From Planctomycetota bacterium (GTDB lineage Bacteria; Planctomycetota; UBA11346): a DNA stretch of 64,000 nucleotides. The notes under the pieces were generated by a model. That model ran no database searches. It saw only the letters and a list, made by a program, of their open reading frames with translations, and was not told where the DNA came from. A program made the translations under genes and the position numbers. The DNA is taken from NCBI GenBank assembly GCA_038213805.1, contig JBBQSO010000005.1, forward strand, positions 46,237 to 110,236. Reading direction: 5' to 3'. Shown here piece after piece: positions 1 through 9,595 of this stretch; the first letter of the stretch is position 1; the number at the start of each line of letters is the position of its first letter.

Positions 1-993
1 CGCCTGGCTGCGCACCAGCTCTTCGGCCTTGACCGCATCCCGCCTCACGCGGCGACCAACGACACCCTGCTGGTGTTGCGCCGCATGGGCGGGCAGCGGT
101 TGGTCGGGGTCGCCAACGCGGTGATGCGCCGGCTCGCCGGGCTGCGCCAGGAGGAACGCAGCTCCCCGGGCCCGCTCGGCCGGCTGCCGGTCGAGGTGTG
201 GCCGGAATCACCGGCGGTGCGTCACGGCCTGCCCGACCTGCTGGTCGCCGACCTGCGCAGCCAGCTCGATGAGGGAGCCGATAGCAAGCTCGCCGCGCTC
301 GGTCGCGCGCCGATGCTGTGCACGCGCAGTCGGCCGGGCGCTCCGGCGGTGAACGGCGCGAGCATCCTGCGCCGCGACGGGCCGTGGACGTGGTGGGATG
401 ATCCTGAAGAGGCGCTGCGCGGGCCAGTGGCGGTCGGGCACGCGGTGGTGCAGGACTTCGCCCAGGGGCACGTCATCGCTGCGGCCGCGCCCCGCCCCGG
501 CGCGCTGGTCCTGGACGTCTGCGCCGCCCCCGGGGGCAAGGCCCTGGCGCTGGCCGACCACGGCTGCCGGGTCATCGCCGCAGACAATGCCGCGTCGCGT
601 CTGGGGCGCCTGCTGCGCACACTGGACGGTGCCGCGCCGGTGGTGCTGCAGGACGGCCGCCACCCCGCGCTGGCAGCGGCGTTCGACGTGGTGTTCGTCG
701 ATGCCCCGTGCTCGAACACCGGCGTGCTCGGCCGCCGCGTCGAGGCGCGCTGGCGTTACGACCGCCGCCATCTGGGTCCCCTCGAGGTGCTGCAGCGCGA
801 CCTGCTCGCCGCCGCCGCGACGCTGGTCGCGGACGGTGGCAAACTGGTCTACAGCACCTGCAGCGTCAGCCCGCGCGAAAACCAGGCCATCGCCCAAGCC
901 CTGCCCGGCTGGCGCCTGCTGGTCGAACAGCTGACCTGGCCCGACCAGTGGCAGGGGGGTGGGTACGTGGCGGTGCTGGTGCGGATCGGGTGA
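1..993 (+). CDS. rsmB: 16S rRNA m5C methyltransferase RsmB/Sun family (5'-truncated by window edge)
   Basis: Frame open from base 1 (RLAAHQLFGLDRIPPHAA, NusB-like end). Motifs VLDVCAAPGGK, VDAPCSNTG, LVYSTCS. Confidence 0.85.
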   Translation, partial: RLAAHQLFGLDRIPPHAATNDTLLVLRRMGGQRLVGVANAVMRRLAGLRQEERSSPGPLGRLPVEVWPESPAVRHGLPDLLVADLRSQLDEGADSKLAALGRAPMLCTRSRPGAPAVNGASILRRDGPWTWWDDPEEALRGPVAVGHAVVQDFAQGHVIAAAAPRPGALVLDVCAAPGGKALALADHGCRVIAADNAASRLGRLLRTLDGAAPVVLQDGRHPALAAAFDVVFVDAPCSNTGVLGRRVEARWRYDRRHLGPLEVLQRDLLAAAATLVADGGKLVYSTCSVSPRENQAIAQALPGWRLLVEQLTWPDQWQGGGYVAVLVRIG

Positions 994-1097
994 CTTCCGT
1001 TACCGGGATCGGCGCGTTGCACTTGGCCTGAAACGCTTACCTGCCGAGTGCGCCTCAGCGATCCCAGGGGCAGCATCCGCTGGTGTGCGGCGAAATG

Positions 1098-1799
1098 TTA
1101 CGGCAGCGTGGAAATCCGATAATTCCTGAAGAACACTGGCGCGTCGCCATGCTTCCCCTGCAGGCCGATCTTCCCTGTGGTCGCCATGTCTGCCATCGCC
1201 TTGGCCAGCCAGGGCGGAGTCTCGCTACCGTCGGGGTTCTTGCTGGCCGAGGTCCAGCGCTTCATGTCGGCGTCGACGGTCAGGGTGTCGTTGAGCAGGA
1301 CGGTCAGGTGCGGGCCTTTGCAGGCGACGGTCATGCGGTTCCACTCGCCCGTCTTCTTGACCACCTGCTTGGCCGGGGCGAGGCGGCCGAAGATGCCAGC
1401 GCACTTCCAGGTCGGGGCGACGTCCTTCCACTTGTCCGCGTAGTCGTCGAGGATTTGCAGCTCGATCGAGTTGGGGATCCAGTTGTGGATGTCGGTGCAG
1501 TAGATCACCACGCCGCTGTTGGTGCCGACCGAGTCCTTGAACTCGAGATCGACGACGAAGTTCTCGTGATCCTGCTTCGTCCAGATGGTCTCATCCTTCG
1601 AGGCGGTGAGCTCGCCCGCCACGATGGTCCACACGCCGGCGGGGAAATCCGCATCCGACAGGTCCGGGGCGAACAGCGCGGGCCACGCAGAAGAATCGGG
1701 GTGCTTGGTCACCAGCGGGCCCTCGGCGGCCATGGCCGGCCCGGCGAGGGCCACCAGGGCGATGGCGAAGATGGGGAGCAGGGCGGGAATCGGGTTCAT
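1098..1799 (-). CDS. Secreted DUF1080 (3-keto-disaccharide hydrolase-like) protein
   Basis: Start MNPIPALL with signal peptide. Motifs NSGV, ELQILDD, GEWNRMTV, GKIGLQ.H...FRN. Confidence 0.85.
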   Translation of the reverse strand: MNPIPALLPIFAIALVALAGPAMAAEGPLVTKHPDSSAWPALFAPDLSDADFPAGVWTIVAGELTASKDETIWTKQDHENFVVDLEFKDSVGTNSGVVIYCTDIHNWIPNSIELQILDDYADKWKDVAPTWKCAGIFGRLAPAKQVVKKTGEWNRMTVACKGPHLTVLLNDTLTVDADMKRWTSASKNPDGSETPPWLAKAMADMATTGKIGLQGKHGDAPVFFRNYRISTLP

Positions 1800-1893
1800 G
1801 CGGTCTTCTCGTTGGGCTGAAGGTGAGCTTAAGAAGTGAGCGACGGCGGAAGTCTGATACAGATGCGTCCAGCCGCCGTGGACTGTACATGTG

Positions 1894-2124
1894 CTAGGGA
1901 ACAATCCTACGCTGTACCTCCACCAACTCATCTGGCTTGAGTTCCCTGGAGAATTCCCGCAGGAACTGGGCGTAGCTCTCTGCGACCTCGGCATCGTGCA
2001 CGAAGATGAGGGCTTTGGCCGCGGACTCGATCATGGTGGCCTCGGGGCTGCCGGATGGCTGTGCGGCCGCCAGCTTCTCCAGCAGGGCCAGCGTCCTGAT
2101 CAATTCGCCACCGCGCGCGTTCAT
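1894..2124 (-). CDS. Small hypothetical helical protein (76 aa)
   Basis: ATGA overlap with the stop of the upstream gene. Protein-like composition; fills the gap in a minus-strand run. Confidence 0.5.
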   Translation of the reverse strand: MNARGGELIRTLALLEKLAAAQPSGSPEATMIESAAKALIFVHDAEVAESYAQFLREFSRELKPDELVEVQRRIVP

Positions 2125-4028
2125 CGCTCCATCCGGTAGATCCCGGGCTTCACGCGCCCGAAACCACCGTCTGCCGCGCGCGCGACGTTGCCACCGCTGA
2201 GCGTGTCCACCAGTCGCACGGTCGCATCATACGGCGCCGGCAATCGCACCGGCGTATCGTGGCCATGCTCCGGGCACGACACGATGAGCAGGTCATCGAT
2301 CACCGACAGGTCGCCGACCAGGTGGATGAAGGCGTCGCGGCCGCCGCGCTCACGGGCCAGGCGCGTGAGCGCGCGGTCGAAGTCGACAAGCTCGGGCCGG
2401 CCAGTGACGCGGATGAACCCGCTCGCGGGGTTGGCGAAGGGGCCCTGGTCGATGACCAGGCGCTTGGGCGCGTGCTGGTTCAGTTGCAGCAGGAAGTCGC
2501 GTGGGCCCATGCCATCCACCGAGCGCACCGGATTGGTGTTCACCGAGAAGATGTCGATCGGCGCCTCGAGCGTGCTGCCCTCGCCGAGCATGATCGCCTC
2601 GGGATCGCACTCCTTGATGCAGGCGTGGACCTCGCGCATGAAGCGCAGCGCCATCAGGTTGGTGTCGCCGGGCCAGCGCATGAAGCTGCGCGGACGGAAA
2701 TCCGGCGGGAACGCCCAGCTCAGGCAGTCGAAGAAGATGCCCTTGGCACCGCACTCCGTGATGTAGAAGCGGATCCACTTCTTCGTGTATTCAAGGTAGC
2801 CCGGGTGGCCCGGGTTGATGTGCGTGAGCCCGCCCTGGTCCAGCGAGCCCCATGATGCGCAGACCCGCCCGTCGCAGCCGCGGATGAACCAGTCGTCATC
2901 GATGTCTGCGCCGCCACGGTAAAGCAGTCCGGCGTGCGACATCCACACCAGCCATGGGATGCCGCGCGCCGCCAGGCTGCGGCCCATCGCCTTGAACTCT
3001 TCGATCGGGCCGTGGTTGGGGTCGGGCTCATAGCCGAGCGGCGCAGTGCCGCTGTGCACCGGGCGGTTGGTGACCAGCGAATACGCGAAGCCGCTGCACT
3101 CACCGCGTTCGACCTCGGCGATCCAGGCGGCGCCCTGCTCGCGCCAGGTCGGCTGGTTGTTCCAGGCCAGACCCAGCTTCCACGCGACCTTCGCCACCCA
3201 CCCTGGCGGCTCCTGGTAGTAGTGGGTCACGTACGCGCCCAACCAGCGCATCATCTCGGCGCGGTCGCGACCGTAATACAGCTTCACTTCGGGGAGCTGG
3301 ATGGACTCGCCAAGGCCGAGGAGGCCGTGCAGGGTGAAATCGTAGCCCACGCCGCGACCCGCGTGTTCGAGGCCGAGGATGTAGCCGACCTGCGCCTGGC
3401 GGCAGGTGATGGCCAGCCAGTGCCCGGTCTTCGCGTTGTAGTACAGGCCGCCGTGGATGAGCATGCAGCCGGGGTAGATGCGCCGCCAGACGTTCTGCAG
3501 GAAACGCTTGCAGGCTTCGGGCGTGTCGTGCTCGTAGCCGACGTGGCCGGCCTCGTCGCTGGGGCCGCTGGAATGCGACGACGCGAACACCATGCGCGTG
3601 TCCTCGCCCCAGAATTTCCAGTTCCAGTTCATGATGCCGAGCTGATCGGCCCACAGGGGCGCCTCGACCACCGGCCCGCCTGGGCCGGGCACCGGGCAGG
3701 TCTGATCGGCGAACTCGCGCCGCACCAGGGTCTGGATTCCGAAGCAGTTGAACGGGGTCTTGGCGCGTCCGCCCATGACGCGCGCCAGGACCAGGCCCCA
3801 GCCGCAGAACTGGTCGACGAAGCGTTCACCCTTCAGGTGGGTGACCGGCGGCTCGATGCCTGGCCGGTTCGGGTCGGTGTGCGGGCGCAGCTTCAGGGGT
3901 AGGCCGTTCACCCACAGCTCGGAACGGCACGGTTCGACCTGGTCGAGCAGTTCAGCCCCGTAGAGGCGCACCGACGCCACCTGCCCGGTGCCGGGATCGG
4001 TGGCGACCTGAAGATCGGGGGTGGTCAT
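2121..4028 (-). CDS. Uncharacterised glycoside-hydrolase-like (TIM-barrel) protein
   Basis: Start MTTPDLQ after AAGGAAGG. GH-like motifs NPGHPGYLEY, GAKGIFFD, IMLGEG. Neighbours are sugar genes. Confidence 0.55.
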   Translation of the reverse strand: MTTPDLQVATDPGTGQVASVRLYGAELLDQVEPCRSELWVNGLPLKLRPHTDPNRPGIEPPVTHLKGERFVDQFCGWGLVLARVMGGRAKTPFNCFGIQTLVRREFADQTCPVPGPGGPVVEAPLWADQLGIMNWNWKFWGEDTRMVFASSHSSGPSDEAGHVGYEHDTPEACKRFLQNVWRRIYPGCMLIHGGLYYNAKTGHWLAITCRQAQVGYILGLEHAGRGVGYDFTLHGLLGLGESIQLPEVKLYYGRDRAEMMRWLGAYVTHYYQEPPGWVAKVAWKLGLAWNNQPTWREQGAAWIAEVERGECSGFAYSLVTNRPVHSGTAPLGYEPDPNHGPIEEFKAMGRSLAARGIPWLVWMSHAGLLYRGGADIDDDWFIRGCDGRVCASWGSLDQGGLTHINPGHPGYLEYTKKWIRFYITECGAKGIFFDCLSWAFPPDFRPRSFMRWPGDTNLMALRFMREVHACIKECDPEAIMLGEGSTLEAPIDIFSVNTNPVRSVDGMGPRDFLLQLNQHAPKRLVIDQGPFANPASGFIRVTGRPELVDFDRALTRLARERGGRDAFIHLVGDLSVIDDLLIVSCPEHGHDTPVRLPAPYDATVRLVDTLSGGNVARAADGGFGRVKPGIYRMER

Positions 4029-4394
4029 GGTCCCTTCCTTGGGCGCGGCATGGGCTTGGGCGACGGCTCTTGGTGACCGGTATGGATACCGCCAGTCAAG
4101 CGCCTGGCGCAACTGCCGCTACCGGGAATTGGAGGAAAGGAGCTACCGTCGAAGCGCGGAGAAGGAGGCAGAGATACCGTAAAGGCGAGCTTTCCAGGGC
4201 TGGCAGGTCATTGCATCCAATTCAGCCACTCCCACGGCCGGCCTCTGCGACCTTTGCGCTGCCCTTATGCCCCACTGTGGTAAGTTCGTTTGGTTCCGGA
4301 GCCATTGTGTAGTTACACGGAAAATGCTTGAAAATAATATTAACATCATCGAATCAGCGTATCCCCCGGCGCTGCCGGACCACCCCGGATCCGC

Positions 4395-5366
4395 ATGCTC
4401 TACCGCCCCCTGGGCCGCACCGGCCTGAACGTCTCCATCCTTGGCTTTGGGGCGTCACCGCTCGGCGGCGTCTTCGGCCCAGTCGCCGATGCCGAGGCCA
4501 CGCGCGCCGTGCGCACAGCCATCGATCTGGGCGTGAACCTCTTCGACACCTCGCCCTTCTATGGGCTGACGGCCTCTGAGCGCGTGCTCGGCCAATGCCT
4601 GGTGGGCGTGCCGCGCGAGCGTTATCTGCTCGCCAGCAAGGTCGGACGTTATGGCCAGGACGAGTTCGACTTCTCGGCAGCACGCGTCACGGCCAGCGTG
4701 GAAGCAAGTCTGGCGCGGCTACGCTGCGGGCACCTCGACCTCATCCAATGCCACGATATCGAATTCACGAGCCTCGCGCAGATCGTCGAAGAGACCCTGC
4801 CGGCCCTGCGCCGGCTGCGCGACCAGGGCAAGGTGCGGTTCATCGGCATCACCGGTCTGCCGCTGTCCGCGCTGCGCGCGGTGGTCGAGCGCACTGCGAT
4901 CGACAGCGTGCTCTCGTACTGTCGCTATGGCCTGCACGACACCGCGCTGGCCGCGCAGCTGCCGGCACTGCAGGCGCACGGCGTCGGCGTGCTCAGCGCT
5001 GCACCCCTTGCCATGGGCCTGCTGAACGCCGGCGGCGGGCCGGCGTGGCATCCCGCTGATCCGGAACTGAAGGCGGCCTGTCAGCGCGTCTGGCGACATT
5101 GCCAGGAACGCGGCGCCGATCTCGGCCGGCTCGCGGTGCAGTTCGCCCTCGCCCATCCCGGCATCGCCTCGACTTTCGTCGGGATCGCCAGCACTGCCGA
5201 GGTCGAGCGCAATGCGGCCTGCGTCGGCACGGCGCCCGATGCGCAACTCCTGGGCGAGGTTCTGAACATCCTCGCGCCTGTGCACGGCCGCACCTGGCCG
5301 AGCGGCCTGCCCATGAATCAGGACCCCGGCGTCCGTGCGCCGGTCCTCACCCTCAGCACTCCCTGA
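4395..5366 (+). CDS. Aldo/keto reductase, L-galactose dehydrogenase-like
   Basis: GFGASPLGGVFG, FDTSPFYG, HDIEF, IGITGLPL, LSYC.Y, WHPA are characteristic of the L-galactose dehydrogenase subfamily. Confidence 0.8.
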   Translation: MLYRPLGRTGLNVSILGFGASPLGGVFGPVADAEATRAVRTAIDLGVNLFDTSPFYGLTASERVLGQCLVGVPRERYLLASKVGRYGQDEFDFSAARVTASVEASLARLRCGHLDLIQCHDIEFTSLAQIVEETLPALRRLRDQGKVRFIGITGLPLSALRAVVERTAIDSVLSYCRYGLHDTALAAQLPALQAHGVGVLSAAPLAMGLLNAGGGPAWHPADPELKAACQRVWRHCQERGADLGRLAVQFALAHPGIASTFVGIASTAEVERNAACVGTAPDAQLLGEVLNILAPVHGRTWPSGLPMNQDPGVRAPVLTLSTP

Positions 5367-5382
5367 CTCCAGGACCACCTCC

Positions 5383-6399
5383 ATGAAGACCATCATCCTC
5401 GATCAGCCCGGCATCTTCCGTCTCACCGAAACGGCGGAGCCCAGCGCGCCCGGCGCCGGCGAGGTGGTGGTACGCGTGCGTTCGGTTGGGGTGTGCGGCA
5501 CCGATTTGCACGCCTACCGCGGCAAGCAGCCGTTCTTCACCTATCCGCGCATCGTCGGACACGAACTGGGCGTCGAGGTCGCGGCGGTCGGCGCGGGTGT
5601 CAGCAACGTGCGCGTCGGCGACCGCTGCGCGATCCAGCCCTACCTAGAATGCGGCACCTGCATCGCCTGCCGGCGCGGCAAGCCCAACTGCTGCGTGAGC
5701 CTCAAGGTGCTGGGCGTGCACATCGACGGTGGCATGCGCGAGCGTTTCACCGTGCCCGCGGCCAAGCTCTACCCATCGGCGACGCTCACTCTCGACCAGC
5801 TCGCCCTGGTCGAGACCCTGGGCATCGGTGCGCACGCGGTGGCGCGCGCCGAGGTCGGTGCGACCGATACCGTGCTGGTCATCGGCGCCGGCCCGATCGG
5901 CCTGTCGGTGGTGCAGTTCGCCAGCGCTGCCGGCGCCACCGTGATCGTCATGGACCGCGACGAGCACCGTCTGGCCTTCTGCCGGCAGCAGTTCCAGGTC
6001 CCGCACACCCTGACCGGCATCGATGACCCAGTCGCGGCGCTGCAGGGCATTCTCGGCGGCGAGTTGCCGACCGTGGTCATCGACGCCACCGGCAACCCCG
6101 CCTCGATGATGGCCGCCTTCCAGTTCCCGTGCCACGGCGGCAAGCTGGTCTTTGTCGGCCTCTTCCAGGGCGACGTGACCTTCAACGATCCCAACTTCCA
6201 CCGCCGCGAGCTGACCCTGTTCGGCAGCCGCAATGCCACCGGCGCCGATTTCGCGCACATCATCGCCCAAGTTGAGGCCGGGCGGATCAAGACGGATCCC
6301 TGGATCACCCACCGCGCCAAGGCCGACGACCTGGTCGCCGAGTTCGCACGCTGGACCGATCCCGCGCAGCGCGTGATCAAGGCGGTCGTCGAGTTCTGA
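5383..6399 (+). CDS. Zn-dependent dehydrogenase, L-galactonate/L-gulonate 5-dehydrogenase-like
   Basis: CGTD, GHE, CxxCxxC...C, GAGPIG, FHRRELTLFGSRNA. Lies 16 bp after the AKR. Confidence 0.8.
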   Translation: MKTIILDQPGIFRLTETAEPSAPGAGEVVVRVRSVGVCGTDLHAYRGKQPFFTYPRIVGHELGVEVAAVGAGVSNVRVGDRCAIQPYLECGTCIACRRGKPNCCVSLKVLGVHIDGGMRERFTVPAAKLYPSATLTLDQLALVETLGIGAHAVARAEVGATDTVLVIGAGPIGLSVVQFASAAGATVIVMDRDEHRLAFCRQQFQVPHTLTGIDDPVAALQGILGGELPTVVIDATGNPASMMAAFQFPCHGGKLVFVGLFQGDVTFNDPNFHRRELTLFGSRNATGADFAHIIAQVEAGRIKTDPWITHRAKADDLVAEFARWTDPAQRVIKAVVEF

Positions 6400-6566
6400 G
6401 GGGAGAAAGTCCGGAAGTCTGGAAGTCGATAGCCTGGGTAACCGCTCGGCTGGAATCGTCATCGAGGCTGGAAATGAAGAACCCCGCACGGATCGTGCGG
6501 GGTTCTTCTCTCTCTATCTCAGGCTGTCGGACTTCCGGACTCCCGGACTTCCGGACCTTCCCCTCA
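6397..6566. repeat. Intergenic element, octamer family: inverted TGAGGGGA..(TCCGGAAG)n arms around a hairpin
   Basis: Left arm tgaggggagaaagtccggaagtctggaagtc..agcctg. Right arm rc tgaggggaaggtccggaagtccgggagtccggaagtccgacagcctg. Both terminal TGAs are stop codons of the convergent genes. Confidence 0.85.
6476..6508. terminator. Perfect hairpin, probable bidirectional terminator
   Basis: gaagaaccccgcacg-gat-cgtgcggggttcttc between convergent genes. Confidence 0.7.
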
Positions 6567-9308
6567 CTTCACATCGCCCGACTTCAGGTAGGCTACGATG
6601 TCGGCCACGGTCTGGGCCGAGAGGCCAAGCTGGTCGGCGCCCAGCATCAGCGAACGCTTCATGCCCTCGAGCGACTTGATGCGGCCACGTGGGATGGTCT
6701 GGACGATACCGCCCATCGACTTGACGATCACCGGGTCGCCGCTCGACAGTACGATGCCGTCGATGACCTGGTCGTCCTTGGTGACGATGTGCGTGCCCTC
6801 GTAGCCGTGCGAGATCTCGGCTGACGGGTTGACGATGGCGTTGATGATGACCTCGCTCGGCTGGGTCAGGCCGAAGGAGGTCAGGTCGGGCCCGAACTCC
6901 GCGCCCTGGCCACCGATGTGGTGGCAGCCATAGCAGACCGCGACCGCGGTCTTGCCGCGCGCCGCGTCCCCAGCCAGCTTCTGAAGCTCGGGGATTGCCG
7001 GCAGCTTGGACGGGCCCGCGGGCGGCTCGGGGCTGATGATCGGGGTCAGGACGATGTGTTCAGGATCGAAGATGCCGCGGCGCTTCATCTCGTCGGCGAC
7101 GCCGAATTCCTTCCAGTCGTTGTCCTTGCGCTTGAACAGCCACCACGTGGCGAGGTCGGTGAAGGGGAAGTCCTTGGTCTGCGCGAGGTCGAGCATGGCG
7201 TCGGCCGCGGTCTTGTCGGCGATGAAGGCGAGGGCGTCCATCGCCTGCTTGCGCATGGCGCGCGGCACGGCCGGGGCCAGGGCGCGAGCGCGCAGGTCGG
7301 CAACCGCCGCCGGCGCGCTCAACCGCCAAGTAATCCAGGCGAAGGCCGGCGACCAGCTCTCGGGCGTGCTGCCGATGGTCTTGGCGACGGAGGCGTAGAC
7401 TTCGCGTTCCTTGCCGCTGCTGCCGATACCGAAGGCCTCGAGGTAAGCACGATCCTTGCCGTCGAAGCTCTTCGCCAAGGCGGTGAGGATCTCGACGCTC
7501 TGCGCGGCGGGGACGTCGCGTAGGCTGGTGGCGACCTCGCGGCGCACCGCGGCGGAAGGGTCGGTGGCCAAGCGCGCGGCCATCGCCAGCACCGCGTGGT
7601 CGGCGCGGCGCAGGGCACGGTAGGCGACCACGCGCACTTCCTCGTCCTTGCTCGCGAGCAGCGGCTCGACCTTGGCGACGCCCGCTGGGCCGAGCTGGGC
7701 GAGCAGCCAGATGGCGCGCGCCGCGATGAAGTGGTTGGCATCGCTCAGCAGCGCCGCGACCGCCGGCACCGCCGCTTCGCCCTGGGCCTTGAGGTGGACG
7801 AAGCCGCTATTGCGGACGTTCACCGCGGGGCTCTTCAGCGCCTCGATCTGGCCGGCGGTGGTGGCGAGGTCGATCTTCGGCACGTGCGGTTTGAAGCCCT
7901 TGGGCGCGATGCGGTAGATGTTGCCCGAGAGGGTCTTGTCCAGCGACTGGTGGCCGCCGACGCGCGGGTCGAACCAGTCGGCGACGTAGATCGCGCCATC
8001 TGCACCGATCACCACGTCGGAGGGGCGGAAGCGCGTGATCAGCTCGTCATTGGCCTTGCCGCCCATGAAATCGGAGCCGGCGAAGACCTTGGTGGTGTTC
8101 GACGTGAGGAAGTCGGTGCGCTCAAGCGTGAAGCCGGCGCCGTTCGGCTTGGGGAAGTAGCCGAAGATGACGTTGCGGCCGGCCTCGCAGGCGAGCAGCA
8201 GGCCGTTCCACTTGTCGCCCAGCGCGCCGTTTTCATAGAACGCGACGCCGGTCGGGGAGCCACCGCCGTACACGTCGCCCGACGGCATGGTGCCCGGGTC
8301 ATCCTGGCGCCACTCCGCGATCGGGGTGGTCTGCCCGGGCCGGCGGTCGGCGTTCCACGAGCGCTTGCCGTCGCGCGAGTTGAAGCCGGCGCTGCCGTAC
8401 TCCATCACCGCGGTGACGCGGCAGGCGGGCGGATCGTCGTTATCACTCTGGAAAACATCGCCGAGCGACGTGATGGTCTGCTCGTAGCTGTTGCGGTAGT
8501 TGTAGCCTACGATCGACGCGTTGGTGCCGTCCGGGTTCATGCGCACCGTGAAGCCGCCGGTGTAGATGTGCCCATCCGAGCTGGTCTTGCCCGCGATCTC
8601 CGGCGGGTTGATCGCCGTCTTGCTCATGTCGTACCAGCTGCCCGAATAGAAGGTCTTACCCGACTTGTCGGTGAACTGGGCGCCGGTATTGCCCTGGTTG
8701 AAGTACCACTGGCCGTCCGGTCCGGCGGTCAGGGAATGCAGGCTGTGGTCGTGGTTGCGGCCGTTGAAGCCGGTCAGCAGCACGTCGCGCGTGTCGGTGC
8801 CCACGTCGAAGACGCCGTTGTGGTTGACGTCGGTGTAGACCAGCAGATCGGGCGGCTGGCTGACCACGACCTGGTCGCCGATCACCGCCACGCCCAGCGG
8901 CGCGACCAGGTTGACGTCCTGCACGAACACCGTGCTCTTGTCGGCGGTGCCGTCGCCATCGGTGTCCTCGAGGACGACTATGCGGTCGCCCTCCTTGCGG
9001 CGGCCGGCGTGGCTGCGGTAGTTGACGCCTTCCGCGACCCAGATGCGGCCGGCGGCGTCGACGTCGATGTTGGTCGGTTTGGAAAGCAGCGGGCTCTTCG
9101 CCCACAGGGTGATCTCGAGGCCTTCCGGCAGGGCGAATTTCTCAGTCGGCACGAAGCGCGGCGCGTTGGGGTCGATGGCCTCCGGCGCCTGCTCGGCCGC
9201 GGTCGCGCCGAGCGCCGTGCAGGCGGCGAGTGCGCCGAGGCGCAGGCCGATGCGCGTGGGGTGGTTGACGAGAACGGCGAGCGAGGGCAGCAGGCTGGTG
9301 AGGCGCAT
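6564..9308 (-). CDS. PVC-type heme-binding CxxCH protein (membrane-bound dehydrogenase-like beta-propeller + HEAT repeats + cytochrome c)
   Basis: Signal peptide, RIWVAE.VNY, GDRIVVLEDTDGDG, DGAIYVADW, HEAT region, C-terminal CYGCH..GG.G..FGPDL. Confidence 0.9.
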   Translation of the reverse strand: MRLTSLLPSLAVLVNHPTRIGLRLGALAACTALGATAAEQAPEAIDPNAPRFVPTEKFALPEGLEITLWAKSPLLSKPTNIDVDAAGRIWVAEGVNYRSHAGRRKEGDRIVVLEDTDGDGTADKSTVFVQDVNLVAPLGVAVIGDQVVVSQPPDLLVYTDVNHNGVFDVGTDTRDVLLTGFNGRNHDHSLHSLTAGPDGQWYFNQGNTGAQFTDKSGKTFYSGSWYDMSKTAINPPEIAGKTSSDGHIYTGGFTVRMNPDGTNASIVGYNYRNSYEQTITSLGDVFQSDNDDPPACRVTAVMEYGSAGFNSRDGKRSWNADRRPGQTTPIAEWRQDDPGTMPSGDVYGGGSPTGVAFYENGALGDKWNGLLLACEAGRNVIFGYFPKPNGAGFTLERTDFLTSNTTKVFAGSDFMGGKANDELITRFRPSDVVIGADGAIYVADWFDPRVGGHQSLDKTLSGNIYRIAPKGFKPHVPKIDLATTAGQIEALKSPAVNVRNSGFVHLKAQGEAAVPAVAALLSDANHFIAARAIWLLAQLGPAGVAKVEPLLASKDEEVRVVAYRALRRADHAVLAMAARLATDPSAAVRREVATSLRDVPAAQSVEILTALAKSFDGKDRAYLEAFGIGSSGKEREVYASVAKTIGSTPESWSPAFAWITWRLSAPAAVADLRARALAPAVPRAMRKQAMDALAFIADKTAADAMLDLAQTKDFPFTDLATWWLFKRKDNDWKEFGVADEMKRRGIFDPEHIVLTPIISPEPPAGPSKLPAIPELQKLAGDAARGKTAVAVCYGCHHIGGQGAEFGPDLTSFGLTQPSEVIINAIVNPSAEISHGYEGTHIVTKDDQVIDGIVLSSGDPVIVKSMGGIVQTIPRGRIKSLEGMKRSLMLGADQLGLSAQTVADIVAYLKSGDVK

Positions 9309-9507
9309 CCGGGGACCCTTGGCTAAGGAAAGAGGAAGGAGCTTCCTACCGTTCCAAGGGTGGCCCCGTTGGCAAGGAACTCATGCCCTGACCGCAGCAC
9401 GGTGTCCCTGCACCGGGGAGCTCATTCTTGTCGGGTTGGGGATTGGGCTCTTCGTCTCTGAGAATGCTATCGCACCGTGGTGCGGCTGGAGGTCAGCTTT
9501 ATTTTGA

Positions 9508-9540
9508 CGGGCAGCGGCCACTGAAAAGAGCCGCTGCCCG
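9508..9540 (-). terminator. GC-rich hairpin downstream of narK
   Basis: cgggcagcggc-N11-gccgctgcccg. Confidence 0.5.
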
Positions 9541-9595
9541 CCGCCTAAAGCTCCGCTTGCCACGCCCGGAGCCGCGGATTGCTGACCTGCGCCCC

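Noticed and set aside
4201..4215. TGGCAGGTCATTGCA as a sigma54 promoter
   Set aside because: GG-GC spacing is one base too short.
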